Origin: Dickeya dadantii NCPPB 898
GTDB lineage: Bacteria > Pseudomonadota > Gammaproteobacteria > Enterobacterales > Enterobacteriaceae
Assembly (NCBI RefSeq): GCF_000406145.1
Contig: NZ_CM001976.1
Span: 3,864,955-3,896,954, forward strand
Length of the DNA: 32,000 bases
Direction of reading: 5' to 3'
Shown here: piece by piece, positions 16,867 through 23,741 of the stretch
Position numbering within the stretch: position 1 is the stretch's first letter
Layout of the letters: each line of letters starts with the position of its first letter
The notes under the pieces: model-generated
What the model was told of the DNA's origin: nothing
Seen by the model: only the letters and a program-made list of their open reading frames with translations
Databases searched by the model: none
Program-made: the position numbers and the translations under genes

Positions 16867-17859
16867 TTACGCCACCTCACGCAGCGCGCTGAGATCGATC
16901 TGCACCCCGACCCGGCTGCCGGTGGGGTGCAAATCGGTCACCGCACGGTTGAGCACGTCTACCGACAGCTCCACCTCGCTGATGCGTACCCGGTAGCGGA
17001 TAACGTTGCCCAGCAGGCTGTGACCGATGATTTCTCCGGCCAGCCCCTGCTCCGGCGCGCACAACAGCACCGACTCCGGACGCAGCGCCACCTGGCCGGA
17101 AAACCGCCCACCGGTCAGGCTCATCGCCTGTTCGGCGCTCAGCAGGTTGTAACTGCCGATGAACCCGGCGGCAAACAGGCTGGCGGGCTGGGTGTAGAGC
17201 GACTCGGCGTCGCCGTTCTGCACGATTTCTCCCTTGTTCATCAGTACGATGCGGTCGGATAACGTCAGCGCTTCCTCCTGATCGTGGGTAACGAAGATGG
17301 CGGTCAGCTTCAGCTCCTGCTGGATGCGCCGGATCTGCTCACGCAGGTGACGGCGAATGCGGGCGTCCAGCGCCGACAGCGGCTCGTCCAACAGCAGCAG
17401 GCGTGGGCGGGTCACCAGCGAGCGCGCCAGCGCCACGCGCTGACACTGGCCGCCGGACAACTGGTGCGGGTAGCGGCGGGCATACTCGCCCAGTTCCACC
17501 AACGCCAGCACCTCCGCCACCCGCGCGCGAATCTCGCCAGCGGGCAGTTTCTGCATCTTCAGGCCGAACGCCACATTGCCTTCGACGGTCATATTGGGAA
17601 ACAGCGCGTAATTCTGGAACACCATGCCGATATCACGCTGTTGCGGCGACAGCGGTACGATGTCGCGGCCTTGTAGCAGAATCTGACCGCTGTCCACCGA
17701 CGTCAGCCCGGCCAGACAGCGCAACAGCGTCGACTTGCCGCAGCCGCTCGGCCCCAGCAGCGTGACGAACTCGCCTTCATCGGCCGAAAATTGGATATCC
17801 TGAAACACTCTGGTCGGCCCGTAGTGTTTATTCAGATTGATGACGTCAAGATAGGCCAT
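16867..17859 (-). CDS. ABC transporter ATP-binding protein (PotA/FbpC-type importer ATPase)
   Basis: Walker A GPSGCGKST, signature LSGGQCQR and Walker B LLLLDEPLSALD are present. There is a C-terminal TOBE-like extension. Confidence 0.9.
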   Translation of the reverse strand: MAYLDVINLNKHYGPTRVFQDIQFSADEGEFVTLLGPSGCGKSTLLRCLAGLTSVDSGQILLQGRDIVPLSPQQRDIGMVFQNYALFPNMTVEGNVAFGLKMQKLPAGEIRARVAEVLALVELGEYARRYPHQLSGGQCQRVALARSLVTRPRLLLLDEPLSALDARIRRHLREQIRRIQQELKLTAIFVTHDQEEALTLSDRIVLMNKGEIVQNGDAESLYTQPASLFAAGFIGSYNLLSAEQAMSLTGGRFSGQVALRPESVLLCAPEQGLAGEIIGHSLLGNVIRYRVRISEVELSVDVLNRAVTDLHPTGSRVGVQIDLSALREVA

Positions 17860-17892
17860 GTTCAGCGTGTCCCTTTTTACTCATTGCGTGAT

Positions 17893-18675
17893 TCATTGAT
17901 TGCGGTTAAGCGCGTTCGCCAGCCAGGTCACCAGCAGCACCACCAGAAAATAGGAGATCACCAGCGCGCTGGTAAAATGCCCGCTGTCGTTGCGTTTGTT
18001 GTACAGGTACACCTGCAGGGTTTCGTAGTTGGTGCCCGCCAGTAGATTGGCGAACACGAACTCGCCGATCAGGAATGAAAATGACAGCAGCACGGCAATC
18101 ATCACCCCTTTACGCAGGTTGGGCAGCACCACCCACAGCGCCGCCTGCCAGGTACTGGCGCCGAGCAGATGCGCCGCGTCCAGCAACTCCTGCAAGTTGA
18201 TTGCCTGCATGTTGTTGGCGATGGCGCGGTAAATAAACGGCAGCGCGATGGTGAAATAGCAGCCGACCAGAATCCAGGGGGTGCCGGTCAGCGCCAGCGG
18301 TTCGGCGGAGTAAAGCTGTAGCAGCCCCACCGACGACACCACCGGCGGCACCGCAAACGGCAGCAGAATCAGCACGTTCATCAGCCCGTCCAGCTTCGGA
18401 AACGCCCAGGCGATCACGAACATCGCCGGCAACACCAGCAACAGCGAAAACAGTAATGCGCCGAAACAGATCAGCAGCGAGTGGCCCAGCGCCACCAGAA
18501 AACGGCTGTCGCTCCACAGTTGCGTAAACCATTTCAGGGTCAGCCCCTGCGGCAGAATGGTCGCGCCCCACTCGGTGGCGAGCGCGTAACCCAGCGTCGC
18601 CAGCAGCGGCAACATCAGAATCAGTAACACCAGCCACACCACCAGCAGGTGGTAACGGCGTTCAGCACGAGACAT
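17893..18675 (-). CDS. ABC transporter permease
   Basis: 260 aa from the ATG at 18675 (GGAGG SD). It is polytopic and follows the first permease by 20 nt. Confidence 0.85.
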   Translation of the reverse strand: MSRAERRYHLLVVWLVLLILMLPLLATLGYALATEWGATILPQGLTLKWFTQLWSDSRFLVALGHSLLICFGALLFSLLLVLPAMFVIAWAFPKLDGLMNVLILLPFAVPPVVSSVGLLQLYSAEPLALTGTPWILVGCYFTIALPFIYRAIANNMQAINLQELLDAAHLLGASTWQAALWVVLPNLRKGVMIAVLLSFSFLIGEFVFANLLAGTNYETLQVYLYNKRNDSGHFTSALVISYFLVVLLVTWLANALNRNQ

Positions 18676-18695
18676 GGCGGCCTCCGGCAACAGGA

Positions 18696-19538
18696 TTAGC
18701 GGGCAGCATGGAGATAACTCCGGCTTAGCAGCCATTGGTGAACCACGGTAATCAGCGCCATCAGCAATACCAGCAACATGGACAGCGCGCTGCCCAGGTT
18801 CGGATCCAGCGAGATATCGCCGGACACCAGCGCCGCGATGCGGATCGGCACCACGTTGAAGTTACCGGTAGTGAGCGCGTAAATGGTAGCGTAGGCGCCC
18901 AGCGCATTCGCCAGCAGAATGACGAAGGTGCCGAGCAACGCCGGCGTCAGCACCGGAATGCCGATGTGCAGCCAGTAACGCCAGCGGCTGGCGCCCAGCA
19001 GCGCCGCCGACTCCTGCCATTCGCTGCGCAGCCCGTCGAAGGCCGGGTAGAGCAGCAGGATGCCGAGCGGAATCTGGAAATAGGTATAAATCAGGATCAA
19101 CCCGTCACGGGAGTAGAGATTAAAGCCGTCGATCAGCCCATTCTGCCTGAGCAACAGGGTGATAAAACCGTTCAGCCCCAGCATGATCACGAAGGCAAAC
19201 GCCAGCGGCACACCGGCGAAATTACTGGTCATGTTGGCGAACGACATCACAAAACGCCGCAGCCGCCCTTCCCCCAGCTGTTGCAGCGAATAGCCGCCGA
19301 CCAGCGCGATGACAAGGCCATACAGGCTTGACCAGAACGAGATATCCAACGAAAAGCGCATCGCCTGCAAATAAAACGGCGACGTCAACAGGTCACGGTA
19401 GTTCGCCAGCCCCCAGGCGCTGTCCATGTCGCTGTAAAAACTGTTGATCGCCATCCACACCAGCGGGGCTACCTGAAACGCGATAAACACCACCAAAAAC
19501 GGCAGCAGAACCAGCGCCGCCAGCCATCGATTCCTCAC
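18696..19538 (-). CDS. ABC transporter permease
   Basis: 280 aa from the GTG at 19538, which follows GGAGGGG and forms a GTGA overlap with the upstream stop. It is polytopic with an EAA-like loop (...ESAALLGASRWRYWLHI...). Confidence 0.85.
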   Translation of the reverse strand: MRNRWLAALVLLPFLVVFIAFQVAPLVWMAINSFYSDMDSAWGLANYRDLLTSPFYLQAMRFSLDISFWSSLYGLVIALVGGYSLQQLGEGRLRRFVMSFANMTSNFAGVPLAFAFVIMLGLNGFITLLLRQNGLIDGFNLYSRDGLILIYTYFQIPLGILLLYPAFDGLRSEWQESAALLGASRWRYWLHIGIPVLTPALLGTFVILLANALGAYATIYALTTGNFNVVPIRIAALVSGDISLDPNLGSALSMLLVLLMALITVVHQWLLSRSYLHAAR

Positions 19539-20359
19539 GCCCGCCCCTCCGTGATGCCTTTCACCAACAGATCGCGGCTCACGGGCTTGTCGTGCGTCAC
19601 GCCAAGCAACTGGCACACCGTACCGCACAGCTCGGTTTGCTGCGGCGCGGCATCCGGTTGCAGCGAGAAACCATCGCCGAATACGTACAGCGGCACCTGA
19701 CGTTCTTCCGGCAAAATGCCGCCGTGACTGCGGTCATCGTTCATGCCGTGATCCGCCGTCACCAGCACCTGATACCCCTCCGCCAGCCAGCGCGGCATCC
19801 AGTGCGACAGGTAGCCGTCCGCCATGCGCGCCTTGTTGCGGTACTGCGGGGTGGACAGGCCGTGCCGGTGCCCGGCGTCGTCAATGTTCATCGGGTGGAT
19901 CAGCAGAAAGTCCGGCTGATAGCGCCGGCGCAGGCTTTCCGCGTCTTCAAACAGATGGGAGTCGGGATAGCCGTCGTCATGGTAGAAGTGGCCGTACTGG
20001 ATCGGCAGCGACGGCTCGACGGTATGACGATCGCGCGCCGCGTCAAACGGCGTGCGGTTGTACAACTCGCTGACCCAGTGATACGCCGCGGCAGCCGTGG
20101 TTAATCCGGCGTCGCGGGCGTAATGGAAAATGCTGCGCTCGCGGCTCAGCCGGTCGACGCCGTTGTGGATGATGCCGCTCTGCACCGGCGTTATACCGGT
20201 GAGAATGCACTCATACAACGGGCGCGACAGCGACGGCAGCTCGCACTCCAACTGGTAGAGGCAACCGCGCCCGGCGGCGCACTCCGCCTGCAGGTAGCCC
20301 ATCGCCTCACGCCCGACCTGAAAGCTCAGCCCGTCCAGTATCACCAGAATCGTTTTCAT
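19535..20359 (-). CDS. Alkaline-phosphatase-superfamily (type I phosphodiesterase/nucleotide pyrophosphatase-like) enzyme, apparently cytoplasmic
   Basis: 274 aa with no signal peptide. The AP-superfamily metal/nucleophile motifs are ILDGL (Asp), PSLSRP...LTG..P..SGI (Ser nucleophile position), NIDDAGHRHG and TADHGMND. Confidence 0.75.
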   Translation of the reverse strand: MKTILVILDGLSFQVGREAMGYLQAECAAGRGCLYQLECELPSLSRPLYECILTGITPVQSGIIHNGVDRLSRERSIFHYARDAGLTTAAAAYHWVSELYNRTPFDAARDRHTVEPSLPIQYGHFYHDDGYPDSHLFEDAESLRRRYQPDFLLIHPMNIDDAGHRHGLSTPQYRNKARMADGYLSHWMPRWLAEGYQVLVTADHGMNDDRSHGGILPEERQVPLYVFGDGFSLQPDAAPQQTELCGTVCQLLGVTHDKPVSRDLLVKGITEGRA

Positions 20360-20380
20360 CCCACACTCCCGCCTGCGTCG

Positions 20381-21436
20381 TTACTGCTTCATGTTGATGA
20401 TGACGTTTTCCTGCCACAGACGCGGCAGCGCTTTCACCGTCTTGTCCCAGGCTTCGGCGTCGGCGATCGGATGCGCGTTTTTGTACTGTTCCTGCGGCAG
20501 CAGTTTGGCCTTCACGTCATCCGGCAGGGTAATGTGCTGGGCGCGGATCGGGCGGGCATAACCGCGCGCCAGATTGATCTGACCGGCGTCGGAGAAGATG
20601 TACTCGCGTGCCAGTTTGGCGGCGTTCGGGTGTTTGGCGTATTTGTTGATGATGGTGGTGTAGCCGGAGATCACCGAACCGTCAGAGGGGATCAATACGT
20701 CGAAACGATCTTTGTTGATCTTGTCGCGGTAGTTCAGGCCGTTGAAATCCCACACCACGCCCACCTGCACTTCGCCTTTCTCGATATTGGCGATAGCCGG
20801 GTTGGTCAGGCCGAGACGACCTTCTTTCGCCAGTTTGGCGAAGAAATCCAGCGCCGGTTTCAGGTTCTTCTCGTTGCCGCCCAGCGCGAAGCTGGCCGCC
20901 AGCACGCCGCTGGACGCCTGAGACGCGGTGCCGACGTCGCCGATGGTCACCACGTAGTTGCCTTTTTGCAGATCCGCCCAACTATGCGGAATCTCTTTTA
21001 CCTGCTGTTTATCGACGATAAACGCAATGGTGCCGGTGTAGGCCATCGCCCAGTGGCCGTCCTTGTCTTTCGCCCAGTCCGGCACCTGTTCCCAGGTGGT
21101 CGGCTTGTACGGCTGGCTCACCCCTTTTTGTACCGCCACCGGGCCGAAAGCGACGCCCACGTCGCCGATATCCGCGCTGGCGTTCTCTTTCTCGGCGGCG
21201 AACTTGGCGATCTCCTGCGCGGAAGACATGTCGGTATCGCTGTGTTTCAGGCCATATTTGGCGCTCAAATCGTCCCAGGTATCTTTCCAGTTGGCCCAGC
21301 TGTCCGGCATGCCGACGCTGTTAACTTCGCCTTCGGCGCGGGCGGCTTTTTCCAGCGCCGCCAGATCCTGCGCCATGGCAGCGGTCGAAAACAACGCGCT
21401 GCTGATTAACACAGAAGACAACAATTTTTTCATCAT
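20381..21436 (-). CDS. ABC transporter periplasmic substrate-binding protein (PotD/AfuA-like cluster)
   Basis: Signal peptide MMKKLLSSVLISSALFSTAAMA-QD from the ATG at 21436 or 21433. It is the first gene of the transporter operon. The ORF-track start at 21520 is unlikely. Confidence 0.85.
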   Translation of the reverse strand: MMKKLLSSVLISSALFSTAAMAQDLAALEKAARAEGEVNSVGMPDSWANWKDTWDDLSAKYGLKHSDTDMSSAQEIAKFAAEKENASADIGDVGVAFGPVAVQKGVSQPYKPTTWEQVPDWAKDKDGHWAMAYTGTIAFIVDKQQVKEIPHSWADLQKGNYVVTIGDVGTASQASSGVLAASFALGGNEKNLKPALDFFAKLAKEGRLGLTNPAIANIEKGEVQVGVVWDFNGLNYRDKINKDRFDVLIPSDGSVISGYTTIINKYAKHPNAAKLAREYIFSDAGQINLARGYARPIRAQHITLPDDVKAKLLPQEQYKNAHPIADAEAWDKTVKALPRLWQENVIINMKQ

Positions 21437-21482
21437 TATGCTCCATAAGAGGGGGAGTGATACGCTGTTGGTCTGATACTCT

Positions 21483-21498
21483 GCTGGTCTAGTCCAGC
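21483..21498. promoter_or_regulatory. HutC-subfamily GntR operator-like palindrome in the divergent promoter region
   Basis: The sequence is GCTGGTCTAGTCCAGC. The inner 14 bp pair at 12/14 positions. It is close to the remembered HutC/DasR-type core TGGTCTAGACCA. A half-site-like TGGTCTGATAC lies just upstream. Confidence 0.45.
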
Positions 21499-21700
21499 AA
21501 TAAGTACGCCAATTCAGCACACGGCGATGAAGTTTTCATGTCGGCAGCATGACGAAAAGGTTTCAGCGCCGGTCTGCCAACGCCTGCGGGCGGCGTCTGA
21601 CGCCGGTCGGCTGGCGATTTGCATCATCCCGACAGACCGGCAACCTAATAGTCAAAAATCCCTGCTATGGTGCAGGCTGCACAACATCAAGGCTCTAACA

Positions 21701-22408
21701 ATGATGAAAATACAACCGACCGCCATCGCCCAGATTGCCGATGCGCTGATCGAACGGATTCACCAGGGCGAGTTCGCCAGCGGGCGGCTGCCGTCCGAGC
21801 GGGCGCTCAGCGAGCAATTTTCCACCACCCGCATTACCCTGCGCGAAGCGCTCACCTTGCTGGAATCGCAGGGCATCATTTATCGGGAACTACGGCGCGG
21901 TTGGTTCATCTCACCGCCGCGGCTTAGCTATAATCCGCTGCACAGAAGTCACTTTCATGAAATGGCGGAAAAACAGGGGCGTAAAGCCGCCACCGAGGTG
22001 CTGGACGCCGGCGTCGTCGCGGCGAATGCGGCGATCGCCCGTCATCTGGAACTGGAGGAAGGCGCGGATATCTACCGTATCCGCCGTTTGCGGCGCCTCG
22101 ACGGGCGCGCGGTGCTGTACGTGGAACACTATTTGAACCCGGCCTGGTTTCCGGATTTACTGCGCAGCGACCTGACGCGTTCGCTCACCCAGCTTTACCA
22201 GTCGCAATACGACATTCGTTACGGCCGGGTGCGTTTTACCATGCTGCCGACGCCGCTGCCGCCGGTCGCCGCCCCGGCGCTAAAGCTCGCGCCCGGCAGT
22301 CCGGCGCTGTTCATCACCCGCATTAACCGCGATCAGCACGACCGCATCATCGACTGCGACTGCGAGTACTGGCGCTACGACGCGCTGTATATTGATGTGG
22401 AAGCGTGA
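21701..22408 (+). CDS. GntR-family regulator, HutC subfamily (wHTH + UTRA domain), PhnR/PhnF-like
   Basis: 235 aa from the ATG at 21701. ...LPSERALSEQFSTTRITLREALTLLESQGIIYRELRRGWFISPPRL... and the C-terminal ...EYWRYDALYIDVEA resemble my recollection of Salmonella PhnR. It is divergent from the ABC operon. Confidence 0.8.
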   Translation: MMKIQPTAIAQIADALIERIHQGEFASGRLPSERALSEQFSTTRITLREALTLLESQGIIYRELRRGWFISPPRLSYNPLHRSHFHEMAEKQGRKAATEVLDAGVVAANAAIARHLELEEGADIYRIRRLRRLDGRAVLYVEHYLNPAWFPDLLRSDLTRSLTQLYQSQYDIRYGRVRFTMLPTPLPPVAAPALKLAPGSPALFITRINRDQHDRIIDCDCEYWRYDALYIDVEA

Positions 22409-22471
22409 CGGCCTGCCAGAGTTACAGCAGGCGGAGAACTCATCAGACGGAAAACTACTGTGGATGAAGAA

Positions 22472-22930
22472 CTACAGCAGGCGGGAATCGAAATAGAACG
22501 GCACCACCTGCAGCGTGGATAACACCTGTTGCGCCTCCGGGTGTTCAGGGTTGAACAGCGCGTTCCATTCGCCGGTCAGCGTGCTCGGCACCTTCAGCAC
22601 CAGACTGACGCGCGACGCCAGCCACTCATCACCGATCTGCCGGGTGGCGTCCGGCGGCGGATCCTGTTGCCAGTCGGCGGGCAACGCGTCCCGGCTTAAC
22701 TCCATCACCAGCGTATCGGGCACCTCTACCGATAGTAGCGAAAACGCCGGCAGCATAGCCACTTCCCGCAGGTGTACCAGCGTCTCCAGCAGGCACAGCG
22801 CAATGGTGCCGCCCAGATAGACACAGGGAACGCCCTTGCTGTTCCAGCGCCCGCCGTACAGTTTTGCGCCCGCGCCATCAAACGCCTGTGACACAAATGT
22901 CTGCTTCACCAGTCGGTAAAACGTCGCCAT
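22472..22930 (-). CDS. RES-domain toxin (NAD+-targeting; ParT/MbcT/Res family)
   Basis: 152 aa. The R-E-S triad context is GGRWN, LCLLETLVH and KVPSTL. An ATGA start/stop overlap links it to the upstream antitoxin gene. Confidence 0.9.
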   Translation of the reverse strand: MATFYRLVKQTFVSQAFDGAGAKLYGGRWNSKGVPCVYLGGTIALCLLETLVHLREVAMLPAFSLLSVEVPDTLVMELSRDALPADWQQDPPPDATRQIGDEWLASRVSLVLKVPSTLTGEWNALFNPEHPEAQQVLSTLQVVPFYFDSRLL

Positions 22931-23382
22931 CAGCTGATGACGCCGTGGCCGATGCGGCCAATCAGATCCAGCACCGCTTCGGTGCCGGCCGGGGTTTTCA
23001 GCATCGCGGCCGGCGGTTGCCCGCCCAGCGCCTTCGCCGGCTGATTCAGCCAGTCGACCGCTTTGACGTAATCGCGATCGAACAACCGCGCGGCGGCGTC
23101 CAGCACCCGAACGCTGGCATAAATTCTGGCGCCCTGCTCCACCGACCAGGTCTTCTCCGGATGCTTGAGCCGGCGGTGGTAGGTACTGCGATCGACGCCG
23201 ACCAGCCGCAACAAATAGCCTTCATCCAGCTGCGCCTTATTGGCGGCCTCGCGGATGATGCTGACCGGCAAACCTTCGCTGATCTGTTCATGTGCCCGCA
23301 CCAGTGAAGAAGACAGAGACAGAGCGGCTAAAATCCCCTCGTGCTCCTGTACACGGACGGTCGGCGTAAACAGCGATGTCAT
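22930..23382 (-). CDS. Xre-like antitoxin with a C-terminal DUF2384 (ParS/MbcA-type) toxin-binding domain
   Basis: 150 aa. The C-terminus is ...AVDWLNQPAKALGGQPPAAMLKTPAGTEAVLDLIGRIGHGVIS, typical of DUF2384. An AGGAGGGG SD precedes the start. It is translationally coupled to the RES gene. Confidence 0.85.
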   Translation of the reverse strand: MTSLFTPTVRVQEHEGILAALSLSSSLVRAHEQISEGLPVSIIREAANKAQLDEGYLLRLVGVDRSTYHRRLKHPEKTWSVEQGARIYASVRVLDAAARLFDRDYVKAVDWLNQPAKALGGQPPAAMLKTPAGTEAVLDLIGRIGHGVIS

Positions 23383-23679
23383 GATCCCCTCCTGATTCGT
23401 TGCGGTTGCAACATCAGTTTATTGCAGTCGCACAAAAAACGCAAAAATACCTATTTCGGTGATGGCATGTGGGCAAAACATAGCGAAAGTCCCTGAAAAT
23501 ACTTGATGCCTCGAATAACATATCCTGACCGCACATTGCCCATTCCACGACAAAGCGAAGAATTACGCTGATACAACGCATAGTTGTTATATGACTTAAA
23601 GTTTTTATTACGCCATTGAGTTTCATATGGCGCATCTGAGATGTGCGTTTCTGTAGCTCTCGCGATTATAAGATACATA

Positions 23680-23709
23680 TTGACGCATTGATTTAATTGA
23701 GATTAGTAT
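23680..23709 (+). promoter_or_regulatory. Candidate sigma70 promoter of the repeat-protein gene
   Basis: TTGACG (23680-85), an 18-nt spacer, then TAGTAT (23704-09). AGGGA lies 4 nt before the ATG at 23742. It is embedded in a very AT-rich 360-bp intergenic region. Confidence 0.3.
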
Positions 23710-23741
23710 ACTTTCGCCTTTTTTATTGAGTCATAGGGACT

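Noticed and set aside
23414-23678. Two overlapping small minus-strand ORFs (73 and 75 aa) in the AT-rich spacer between the antitoxin and the repeat-protein gene.
   Set aside because: They overlap each other in different frames. They have no SD and odd composition (Cys/Phe/Arg-rich). They occupy what looks like promoter DNA. A small protein cannot be excluded without conservation or ribosome-profiling data.
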